A stretch of 64,000 bases of DNA from an uncultured virus (IMG/VR IMGVR_UViG_3300037508_001402) (taxonomy: Duplodnaviria; Heunggongvirae; Uroviricota; Caudoviricetes). Shown in pieces: positions 8,889 through 17,455 of this stretch. The notes under the pieces were generated by a model that made no database searches, was not told the DNA's origin, and worked only from the letters and a program-made list of their open reading frames with translations. The stretch lies in IMG/VR virus record IMGVR_UViG_3300037508_001402; one strand, given 5' to 3'. Numbering within the stretch: the stretch's first letter is position 1; every line of letters starts with the position of its first letter. The translations under genes were made by a program, and so were the position numbers.

Positions 8889-10304
8889 CTACTCAAAATA
8901 TCCAACAGGTGTCACAGTCACTCTGATTTGCTGTGATGCCGTTGCTAATCCAATTGGCATTTTTAAAAGCACGTGAAACACGTTTCCTGCTTCAATAAAC
9001 AAAGGCGAGGTAAAATCAAGCTGAATTGGCGTTGCTTGTGCGCCAATTGCCGCCGCAGCTGGAAACGTCTGAAAGCCCAAAGCTAAACGCCTGGCAATTT
9101 TAGTCCCTGCACCCTCTGCGGTGGCTAAACTGGCAGCGGTTGACCCAACAGCAACACCCCACTGCAATACCGTCGCAGTTGCGCCAACAGCCGCGCCCGT
9201 GTTGATTGCGTCAATACGAATCCCTGTGATAACAAGGTTTTTGCCGCTCACTGTGGCAGAAGCAGCAGGAACAGTAAAAGCGAAAAGACAGTAATCTGTT
9301 TCTGCCCCTACTGTGGCAGGAATCAACAAATGACCGCCAAGGGCTGTGCTGCTTGGGGTTGTGTTTGACAGGGTTGCCGTTGGTGGCGCTGCACTGTTTG
9401 TATAGTTTGACGTTTGGCCCTGAGTTTGTCCCGGCTGAGCTTGATACGCACCGCCGCCGTTTCCAACCTGCTGAACTTCCCAGCCGCGCGAAACATGGCC
9501 GTCACCGAGAGAAATAAACATTTCAGCAATCAAGCCCTGCACAGCAACAGCAACGGTATTGCTGTTATAAATGCGTGTCACCATCGGCAGATAGTTTGAA
9601 GCCGTTGGGCTGTCTTGGCTTGCGGGTGTTGGAATAAGCGCCATCAAAATGTCGTCAATCCAAAAATGCACCATGTCTTGGCAGGCTGAGATTGAGTATT
9701 TGTGCCGCTCGTTTGCTGTCGGTGGGGTTAATGGGTCTGATTGGGTTTCTGTGCCTGCATTATTCAGAACGCAACGCAGTTCACCGCCTGCGATTCGGAA
9801 AAACAATCCGTCAGTGGGTGCAGACGTGCCGGATACAAATCCTGGGCCAATTTCGATCACGTTGTTTGCCTGAACAGACGTAAACATAAACGCCTCTTCA
9901 AAATAGGTCGGAAAAGCGCCGTACAGCGGAAATGTGCGATAAGTTTGAACAACCGCAGAGTGACCAGAGGTTACGCTGTTGCCCGTGTTTAAGCGCAAGA
10001 ATCCGCCCGATTGAGCGGCTGTCATTGTAGTGAGAGTCTGTCGAATATTGGCGGTGTCGATCACTGTGCCCAAAAATGCCTGATTAAAAACAGGCGTATC
10101 AATGCCCACGCGCAAACGAAAGTCTGACGTTATTTCGCCGGGCACAACCGTTCTATCTCCGGTTATGGTGCCTGCATCTGTTTCAGCGGCAAGCAGGGCA
10201 AAACCTGCATTATCAGCGCTGGCTGGCAGAGCTACTTTCATCTCTTTATTTGGAGTTACGTCTGCAAGATCTGAAGAAGATCCGCTTTTAATTGCAATGC
10301 TCAT
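8889..10304 (-). CDS. Beta-rich virion protein, probably lectin-like
   Basis: Thr/Ala/Gly-rich, with a ConA-like segment HKYSI..VHFWIDD; lies between the two fibre genes. Confidence 0.55.
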   Translation of the reverse strand: MSIAIKSGSSSDLADVTPNKEMKVALPASADNAGFALLAAETDAGTITGDRTVVPGEITSDFRLRVGIDTPVFNQAFLGTVIDTANIRQTLTTMTAAQSGGFLRLNTGNSVTSGHSAVVQTYRTFPLYGAFPTYFEEAFMFTSVQANNVIEIGPGFVSGTSAPTDGLFFRIAGGELRCVLNNAGTETQSDPLTPPTANERHKYSISACQDMVHFWIDDILMALIPTPASQDSPTASNYLPMVTRIYNSNTVAVAVQGLIAEMFISLGDGHVSRGWEVQQVGNGGGAYQAQPGQTQGQTSNYTNSAAPPTATLSNTTPSSTALGGHLLIPATVGAETDYCLFAFTVPAASATVSGKNLVITGIRIDAINTGAAVGATATVLQWGVAVGSTAASLATAEGAGTKIARRLALGFQTFPAAAAIGAQATPIQLDFTSPLFIEAGNVFHVLLKMPIGLATASQQIRVTVTPVGYFE

Positions 10305-10738
10305 ACTGTTTCTGCTCCAATGCACAAAATTTTATATTGTCCAAAAGTGCCCTGGGGCGCTCTTGCGTGAAGGGTGAAGCCGACGCCGGGGTTAAGGTCG
10401 GTTATTGAAAAAAGAAGCTGCTCTAAAATGCCATCAATAGGCTCATGGGTTGCGGTTGTGTCATCGTCTAGCTGTGCCCAAATGCGCGTGTTTGCCGTCA
10501 CCCAAGTGGCAGCAACATCAACGGAGGTGTATCCGCTTTCGCCGCCAGAAGCAAAGCCGAAATCAACAACGGCTTGCACTTTTTTAACGGCAAGAGACTC
10601 AAGGGCCGCAACAAGGCCGGATACTTTTGACTGAGAAAGCTCACCAATTGGCACTTGGCTGTTAGCTAGAGAGCCTGATAAACCAGAGAATGAAGAGGCC
10701 CCACCCCCAGATCCTCCCCAGCCTGTGTTAATACCCAT
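10301..10738 (-). CDS. Short fibre-like virion protein
   Basis: N-terminus MGINTGWGGSGGGASSFSGLSGSLANSQVP is nearly identical to that of 7796-8878. Confidence 0.65.
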   Translation of the reverse strand: MGINTGWGGSGGGASSFSGLSGSLANSQVPIGELSQSKVSGLVAALESLAVKKVQAVVDFGFASGGESGYTSVDVAATWVTANTRIWAQLDDDTTATHEPIDGILEQLLFSITDLNPGVGFTLHARAPQGTFGQYKILCIGAETV

Positions 10739-10741
10739 GGG

Positions 10742-11320
10742 TTAAGCTCCTTTCGGTTTCTGAGCAATGATTCCCCAGCCACGGGTGCCATTGACCTGCC
10801 AGCGGGGCGTTAAGTTTTTGCGAGAGTAGAGCAGCTTTTGGCCGTTGTGAGAGCCGGGATAGCCGCCATTGATGAGATCCAATTCGCCATAGGGGTCATG
10901 CACGATGTACTGATCATCATTGACCGTGCCCGTGTCATTGGACTTCTTGCCGATGATGATGAACCAGTGGCCCCCTGAGAGCTGTCCGCCCAACTTGCCG
11001 TGATGCAGAATCCCAATGGGCACAGGGATCCCCTTTTCGAGTTGTGCGTCCACGTCTGCCCATTCCAGGTTTGTTCTGAATTGGGCATTGATGCCGAAAT
11101 CACGCAAAGCCCTGATCTGAGCATCTGCGCTGGTCGTGTCTCCGTACTTAAAGACAGTCTTGAGGTATTCATCATCCCCATTGGGGCCTTTGAGAGTCCC
11201 TGGCTTGAGGGTCTGCAAGAGCATTGCATTGGAGCTTGAATAGCACATACGCCAGGCATGGCCGCTTTGACTGTCACGCTGGGAGTAATAGGGTACTGAG
11301 AGCAGTGGATTTTTCTGCAT
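10742..11320 (-). CDS. C39-like cysteine peptidase, probable endolysin
   Basis: VPYYSQRD, RMCYSSSNAM (Cys), GGHW (His), VHDPYG (Asp); close to the holin. Confidence 0.8.
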   Translation of the reverse strand: MQKNPLLSVPYYSQRDSQSGHAWRMCYSSSNAMLLQTLKPGTLKGPNGDDEYLKTVFKYGDTTSADAQIRALRDFGINAQFRTNLEWADVDAQLEKGIPVPIGILHHGKLGGQLSGGHWFIIIGKKSNDTGTVNDDQYIVHDPYGELDLINGGYPGSHNGQKLLYSRKNLTPRWQVNGTRGWGIIAQKPKGA

Positions 11321-11817
11321 TACATTAACCCCTGCTTTTCGAGGTTGGCAAGGAAGGTGTGACCGTCCAAAGTGGATAGATCATCTGCTAGACCAAAGCT
11401 CAGTTGATCGCCTTTGTCCCCACGCAGGATGATGGGCTGTGGGAACTTGATGAACACGGTGATCGTGCGTGTAGCGGCTGCTGAATCGTTGATGGGGTAG
11501 ACACGGCCAAACTTTGCCCAGTGTGAGAGCTGTTTGACTGCTTGCCCGCCCAGCAGAGAATAGACCTCGCTGATCGTGCTGCCTTGGATTGTTTCGCGCT
11601 TGAGTGTCACACCATTGGCCAGGGCTGCGATATTCCCATACTTGTTGTAGTCTGTGTCAGAATCAGCGATACAGACCACGATCTCATTCACGCGATAGAG
11701 ATCTGTCGAGGCTGGTTTGAGTGTCCAGCGCTTGGGGGTTGTGGCGTCAACTTTGGCGTCAACGGTCGTGCCGTCAGCGTCCTGTGTGAAGAAAATTTGA
11801 TGGAAGCCGTCTTGCAT
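11320..11817 (-). CDS. Hypothetical virion-associated protein
   Basis: Coupled ORF with GGAG RBS; beta-rich. Confidence 0.55.
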   Translation of the reverse strand: MQDGFHQIFFTQDADGTTVDAKVDATTPKRWTLKPASTDLYRVNEIVVCIADSDTDYNKYGNIAALANGVTLKRETIQGSTISEVYSLLGGQAVKQLSHWAKFGRVYPINDSAAATRTITVFIKFPQPIILRGDKGDQLSFGLADDLSTLDGHTFLANLEKQGLM

Positions 11818-11983
11818 TTGCGTTCTCCTGTCGATTAAAAATTAAGAGCCCACAGTGCGAGATCAACAGCATCAGAACCACTGCTCTGAGCCAGTTGCCG
11901 ATCTTGTGTGTGTGCTTGTGAAGTTGGTAAAAGAGCCAAACTATGGCCAGGGTTTCAAGAATCAGAATTGTCAGTGGGTACAT
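11774..11983 (-). CDS. Small two-TM membrane protein of the lysis cassette
   Basis: Two hydrophobic stretches; follows the holin. Confidence 0.45.
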   Translation of the reverse strand: MYPLTILILETLAIVWLFYQLHKHTHKIGNWLRAVVLMLLISHCGLLIFNRQENANARRLPSNFLHTGR

Positions 11984-12290
11984 CGCCCAGCCTCCGAAGT
12001 GCTATTTTTTCGAGAACTGAGAGAAACACCCCGCCTGTCCAGCCGCTCATGCCAGCGAGGAACAGCGTCCAATAGGGATCGAGGTGCATGATTCGACTCA
12101 GGGGAACCATGAGCATTCCGCAAAAGCCAGCGACAAGCCCATTGGTGGCCACGATTGCCATCAGGGCCATGCCCTGCTTTTTACGGCTTTTGAGCAGGTT
12201 GTCTGAGAGTGTTCTGGCCACACTGCCCAAAAAGGCAAAGCCGCCCAAAAGAGCGGCCTCAAATAAGTCTTTGGGGTTGATATCATTCAT
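11955..12290 (-). CDS. Holin
   Basis: Three TM segments with GFCG and AGMSGWTGG (LydA-like pattern). Confidence 0.8.
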   Translation of the reverse strand: MNDINPKDLFEAALLGGFAFLGSVARTLSDNLLKSRKKQGMALMAIVATNGLVAGFCGMLMVPLSRIMHLDPYWTLFLAGMSGWTGGVFLSVLEKIALRRLGDVPTDNSDS

Positions 12291-12603
12291 TAAGCGACAA
12301 CTCCCAACCGAAGAGCTTGAAGCGTTTCACTGCGTCCTCAATCATGTTGGACAGGAACGGGATCAGGTCTTCTTTTGCCACTGCGTCAACAAATTCAGGA
12401 CATTCGAGAGAGGCATCGGCCTGATCGTATAAGCGATCGAGGATAGCCTTAACCCCTTGATAAACGATGCCTTTCTTGTCTTGCCCGCTGGTTCCTTTGA
12501 AGTTGGTTTCAGCAAAATGCACCCCCTGAGTGACAATGTGTTGTAAAAACTGCTCTGCCACAGGTGGCAGTTGATCTTGATTCATAGCGATCTCCTTAAT
12601 CAA
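12283..12603 (-). CDS. Hypothetical lysis-region protein
   Basis: AE..F.G.SGQDKK and IEDAV resemble the cytoplasmic part of LL-H-type holins. Confidence 0.5.
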   Translation of the reverse strand: MIKEIAMNQDQLPPVAEQFLQHIVTQGVHFAETNFKGTSGQDKKGIVYQGVKAILDRLYDQADASLECPEFVDAVAKEDLIPFLSNMIEDAVKRFKLFGWELSLNE

Positions 12604-13240
12604 ATGGATGTTTAACTTCGATGACCCGGTAATAGTTCACGCCTTCGGAGCGGTAAATATTATTGAAGTGGTTCAGGATGGCCTTCTCTGCCTCAGCAAA
12701 GGTGCCGGGGGCATAGAGGATCTGCCCGTTGGCTGCGCTGTTTGTGTCAAGTACGGCCGTCCACTTTTTGCGTGAACCATCCCAGAACTCGATGCCACAC
12801 AGGACGTGGTTCCATTTCATGTGGGTGACCTGTTGACCTGGGTGAATGAGCAGATTCAAGACTTTGGCAAAGCCCCGGTTGATGCCACACTCACGCGCTA
12901 AGTCCACGCCATAGACCGCAAAATCGTCGCAGTCACAGGGGAAGTTCTGAGAATTGGCAGAATTGGCCAATAGTTGGGTGTAATGGCCAGGGTTGTAAAA
13001 GTCGAATGTTCCCATATTGGGATCAGAGACATAGCGCAGTTTCCCCAATTGGGAATTGATGGCCTGAATGGTTTGAATGGAGATCCCCCCGTCTGTCCCT
13101 GCCTGCCCCAATTTAGGCAGAGGTGCGCGGTCATAATTGCCGTTAAAGATTTGACGGCTTAAGCGCTCTTTAGGCGCCAAGATGAAATTGCGCACGAAGG
13201 TGACAAACCAATCGTCGCGGCTTGTATCAATATTAATCAT
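12596..13240 (-). CDS. Transglutaminase-like Cys protease
   Basis: CDCDDFA (Cys), NHVLC (His) and VLDT (Asp) triad. Confidence 0.65.
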   Translation of the reverse strand: MINIDTSRDDWFVTFVRNFILAPKERLSRQIFNGNYDRAPLPKLGQAGTDGGISIQTIQAINSQLGKLRYVSDPNMGTFDFYNPGHYTQLLANSANSQNFPCDCDDFAVYGVDLARECGINRGFAKVLNLLIHPGQQVTHMKWNHVLCGIEFWDGSRKKWTAVLDTNSAANGQILYAPGTFAEAEKAILNHFNNIYRSEGVNYYRVIEVKHPFD

Positions 13241-14703
13241 GAGACCTTTCCGTTCCATAAAAGATTTGCATAATGGGATTGGCTTGCCCGCCATGTGATG
13301 GTGCCTTGGATGCCGAATGTCACAGAGGTGATGTTGGCGACCGTTGACGTGTACTGCCCGCGAGCAATACCCATGCCCGTTCTGTGGTTAAAATTCGCGT
13401 TGATCATTGGGTAGGATGCAGAGCCGTCAACATCCGACAGGGCCAAAGTGCCATCAATGAATACAGGCTCATCAAAGCCTGAGAAACTGGAGGGCCTGCC
13501 AATTACCCACTGAGATTGGTTTGCCTGTTGCTGACGTGTCCAAGCGGAAACTGTGTCCCAATTCGCGCAGGAGTCATAAGAAGAGGATGACGACCCGTTG
13601 ATCCGGCATTGAAATTCGCCCCCTGATCCGCTGTTTGTGGCAGACCCTACACCAATCTCAAAGCGAATGGCCCCGCCATAGGCAACCAAATCCAGGTTTG
13701 AGAATGTCACGGTGTCAGCATTTGATCCAGCATTCACATACCGGGCAAGCAGGGGGTTAAACGTGGGGTATTGCTGCCCCAAGACATGCAGGACTGTTGA
13801 ACTCTCGACATAGACCACGGGCAGGAAAAAGCCTAGTGGGGTTGTGGGGTCGCCAACGGGTTTGGTGGTGGTCAGCAGTCCAGCCGTGCCAGCGCTCAGG
13901 TAGTAGAGCGATCCAGCGCTCAGGCCGTGGCTTGCAAGGGTGACTCTGCCAGATTTGACAGCAACGAAATCATCGCCACTGACAGACAGGACAAGCCAAG
14001 TCCCGGTGCATTTTGGGATGGTGTCACCCTGGGCTTTCACCCATGATGTGCCGTTGTGCCTGATCACGTCCTTGGCTGCAAAGCCGTGGCCTGACTGGGT
14101 AAACTTCTGAGGGCCATTGGCAGGACTCATGAAGCTGATCACGCCCGCGCCATTGGTGCCCAAATACTGGTAATTGTTCCCGTCAGAGGTGGGGAAAGAA
14201 CTGATCCAATTGGTGTCTCGAACCCATGATGGGCCAAAGACTTCAAGGAGCCATCGACCCGGGCCGGTGGTGGGGTCAATGATTTTGTGGTCGTCGTCGC
14301 TACCTGTGCCGGCAGTATCGAGGCGGTAGATCCCCTTGTCTTTAACAACCACGCGAGTGCCATCAGGCATACCCGTGGTATCGACTGCTCTCAGGGATGT
14401 GGTGGTGGCCTCACGCCAAAGGGCTGATTCATTCAGCTTGTCGTTGAAAATGGGTTGATGATAGCTCACGACATCCCCGCCCACGTCAGGGGCAGAACTC
14501 AGGGCAGGGCTGAATGTCAGAGCGTTGCCCGTGATGCCTGTGAGAAATGAGCGGGTGGGTGTGCCTGACACGTCAAAGTAGACGGCCATGCCCTCACGCA
14601 AAGATCCCACGCTTGCCACGGTACATGAGGTGGTGGTGGGTGATGGGCTTGCGCTCACGGTGGTGGAATGGGTTGCCGTTTGGCCCCATGTGGTAAAAGT
14701 CAT
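13237..14703 (-). CDS. Tail tip / fibre protein
   Basis: Ser/Thr/Gly-rich; contains HGLSAGSLYYLS..TAG and IIDPTTGPGRW segments seen in phage tail proteins. Confidence 0.7.
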   Translation of the reverse strand: MTFTTWGQTATHSTTVSASPSPTTTSCTVASVGSLREGMAVYFDVSGTPTRSFLTGITGNALTFSPALSSAPDVGGDVVSYHQPIFNDKLNESALWREATTTSLRAVDTTGMPDGTRVVVKDKGIYRLDTAGTGSDDDHKIIDPTTGPGRWLLEVFGPSWVRDTNWISSFPTSDGNNYQYLGTNGAGVISFMSPANGPQKFTQSGHGFAAKDVIRHNGTSWVKAQGDTIPKCTGTWLVLSVSGDDFVAVKSGRVTLASHGLSAGSLYYLSAGTAGLLTTTKPVGDPTTPLGFFLPVVYVESSTVLHVLGQQYPTFNPLLARYVNAGSNADTVTFSNLDLVAYGGAIRFEIGVGSATNSGSGGEFQCRINGSSSSSYDSCANWDTVSAWTRQQQANQSQWVIGRPSSFSGFDEPVFIDGTLALSDVDGSASYPMINANFNHRTGMGIARGQYTSTVANITSVTFGIQGTITWRASQSHYANLLWNGKVS

Positions 14704-14713
14704 AGTTTTCTCC

Positions 14714-16435
14714 CTATCCTGCGGTAATGCTTAAATAGCCGGGGTGGTATGTGTAATCCAGTTCGGTGTAGGCAATGGCGTCAGGCCACTCCAGGGGCGA
14801 GGCCTCTGTCTCGACTTCCATCACAGAGTCATCATCATCAAGCTCGGCAATGGGTTCAACGATGTGGGCGCAGTCCTTCATTGCCAGCCAATTCTCAAAG
14901 AAGGCCACGTCCGTGATGTAAGAGCTTGTGGTGGTTTGCAGCTTGCGGGTGGATCTGAACAGTGCGCGGATCTGCTCATAGTCCGTGTACATGCTGGGTG
15001 TGAAGTCCAGATCGATGCTTAGGGCAAAGCATTTGCGACCATCGGCAAAGGTCTGCTGACTGCCAATGTCCTGCCTGCGAATCGTCTCTTGTCTGACTGT
15101 GGCCACCACACCATGAGAGGTGGGCAGGTTGATCGGAAGGGTCTTGCCAGGGTAGAAGTGCAGCCAGTCTGCGTTATAACTGGTAGCGATCAGGCCCTTC
15201 CCCCGGTAGTATTCGCGGGAATAGAGCGAGAGTTCAAAGGACGCGATCAGCGCTGCCTCTGCATAGCTGTATGGGGCATCATCCCTGACGATCACTTTGG
15301 AGCGAACGCCATCACCGCCCCTGATTGCCTGCATCCGCTCGATGGCTTGATCGTCACGCCTGCGAATGGGGGTTAAGGCCCCGCGGATGACATAAGAGAC
15401 ATTTGTGGCGGTGGTCTCTTCATAATTGCTGCTGAGGATCAGCTCGTTGGTGCCTGAGCTGTTGGAGTTGTTTTTCTGTACCCGGTAGACTGCCCCGGTG
15501 ACCGTGTTCTCAATTTCAAGGCTGTCAGCAACATTCAACTGTGCCCAATCTTCATCTCCTGTGAACCCCACCACCACATTGCTGCCATTCTGGAAATTGG
15601 CGCCGCCTTTGGTATGCTTGCGGCGGTACTTCATCAGCACTTCATTGGCATAGTCTTCTTGGGCAGGGTTCAGCTCGAAACTGTTGGGGTCAAAGACCTT
15701 GAACCAGTTGAGCTCATCAATGACCAGATTGGCCCTTGTCAATTCGCTGTCTTTGGCCCCGGCATAGACACGGGGGGGATCGTATTGCACATCCAACCAA
15801 TAAGTCCAATCCAACAGAGACATGATGCGCTCTGCCACTGCTGACGGGTAATCATCGTTCACGGCAAAGGCTTCCAGGGTGGGGCCTGCTGTTTGGTCAA
15901 TCTGCGAGCCGTCCAGCCCTGCCCGTGTCACTGCGTCATACAGGACATATCCCGCTTTGACGTTCGTATAGTTGTATGAGTAGGGCTTGGACTCCATCAA
16001 AGACCAGGCATCTTCACACTCGACTTCGATGATACGCATATACGTTCCATCGGCCCGTTGCTGCCCATAGGGCTTTTTGAACACGTTGCGGATGAACCAA
16101 TACCCGAGCACTGAGGCCCCTGTGAGGTCTTTGATAATGACCTTCTGAAAGCGGGTTGGCACAAAGGGCAGGTTGAAGCCTGACTTATTATTGTCATCAA
16201 TCTGGAATTTGCAGGATGAACGGCTTGCCCAGATCAGCTCATCACTGTAGGTCTTGGAGACATAATGCCGTGCGAAATCGTAGGCGGTGGAATCGACATA
16301 AATATTGAGTTGGCACCACGCCTTGGGTTGTCTTGTGGGCTCGACATAGGCCGCATTGATGAAGTCAGGATCGTCAGCAGGGTTGTAAAGCTGTCCTATT
16401 TCATCATTTGTAATCGAGCATTCAATATTCGGCAT
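14714..16435 (-). CDS. Baseplate hub / tail tip protein
   Basis: 573 aa, second gene after the TMP. Confidence 0.6.
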   Translation of the reverse strand: MPNIECSITNDEIGQLYNPADDPDFINAAYVEPTRQPKAWCQLNIYVDSTAYDFARHYVSKTYSDELIWASRSSCKFQIDDNNKSGFNLPFVPTRFQKVIIKDLTGASVLGYWFIRNVFKKPYGQQRADGTYMRIIEVECEDAWSLMESKPYSYNYTNVKAGYVLYDAVTRAGLDGSQIDQTAGPTLEAFAVNDDYPSAVAERIMSLLDWTYWLDVQYDPPRVYAGAKDSELTRANLVIDELNWFKVFDPNSFELNPAQEDYANEVLMKYRRKHTKGGANFQNGSNVVVGFTGDEDWAQLNVADSLEIENTVTGAVYRVQKNNSNSSGTNELILSSNYEETTATNVSYVIRGALTPIRRRDDQAIERMQAIRGGDGVRSKVIVRDDAPYSYAEAALIASFELSLYSREYYRGKGLIATSYNADWLHFYPGKTLPINLPTSHGVVATVRQETIRRQDIGSQQTFADGRKCFALSIDLDFTPSMYTDYEQIRALFRSTRKLQTTTSSYITDVAFFENWLAMKDCAHIVEPIAELDDDDSVMEVETEASPLEWPDAIAYTELDYTYHPGYLSITAG

Positions 16436-17443
16436 TTAGACGCCCACGATGCGCACAGTGATCGCGCTCTCAATAAAGATGGCCTTGGGGTTGGTGGTCG
16501 CGTTGCCCTTGTTGTATCCACCATCAGCGATGCGTGAGCGGGTTCCCAGCACAGAGTTGCCATTCACAAGCAGGCCTGTCTCTCCCCAAATCTGCTGAAC
16601 AGTGGCCCCCACGGTTGGGGCTCCTGTCAGGGCTTCATCGAGGGTCACAGTCACGCCTGAGAGATTGGCAATGGTGCGCTTTTGGCCTTCGATCTCAATG
16701 CGGTCGCCGGTCTGGAATCCAGTGGCAGAGGTCAGGGTGAAGCTCAGGGCACTGGCAGCGGTGGCGACGGTGGTATAGGCCCCATTGTTGTCTGTGGTGA
16801 TGAATGAGGTCAGGAACGTGGTTTGGTAACCGGTATACGTCGAATCATCAGGGGCTTTGGCTGTACTCAGTTGGTGATCGAGGGCTGTTTGGGTAGAAGC
16901 AGGGGCAGAGTACCCTGCACCCACAACCACGCTCTGGACTTCCAGGGTATCGTTCACGCCCCCGGTCCCACGAAGCAGTTTCGAGAATGAGGTGGTGAGC
17001 AAATCTGTGATCTTGTTGTGCTGCTCCCAATCCTTTTGGCCAGTGAAGCCCAAGGCCCCTTGGTTCAGTAGGTCGAACGATCTGCGAATCTTGAGCGAGC
17101 GCAGGATCTCAAGCTGGTCTGAAAGGTGATGACGGATTACGCCAGGTAAGGGCAAGGTAGCCGCTTCGATGTAGGGCGCGAACTCTTTGGCGGTGCCCAT
17201 GAAGCCCAGCAAGAACTTGATCTGCTCTTGGCTCAGAAGGGTGTGCTGCATCAAAAGGCCGCGCACTTCACGGGTCTTGTTCACAATCTCAGGGGTTTGG
17301 GCATAGCCGGGAACCCTGGACCGAACTTCAGATAGCAGTCCTGTGATACTTTCCCCTTGCATGGATGCGGGCATGTCGGGATAACCCCAGCCTGCCCATG
17401 TGCCTATCATCCCCAGGGCGCTGTGCGCTGGTAAAACTTGCAT
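16436..17443 (-). CDS. Minor tail protein
   Basis: Directly after the TMP; Thr-rich C-terminal half. Confidence 0.6.
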   Translation of the reverse strand: MQVLPAHSALGMIGTWAGWGYPDMPASMQGESITGLLSEVRSRVPGYAQTPEIVNKTREVRGLLMQHTLLSQEQIKFLLGFMGTAKEFAPYIEAATLPLPGVIRHHLSDQLEILRSLKIRRSFDLLNQGALGFTGQKDWEQHNKITDLLTTSFSKLLRGTGGVNDTLEVQSVVVGAGYSAPASTQTALDHQLSTAKAPDDSTYTGYQTTFLTSFITTDNNGAYTTVATAASALSFTLTSATGFQTGDRIEIEGQKRTIANLSGVTVTLDEALTGAPTVGATVQQIWGETGLLVNGNSVLGTRSRIADGGYNKGNATTNPKAIFIESAITVRIVGV

Positions 17444-17455
17444 ATTGTCTATCCT

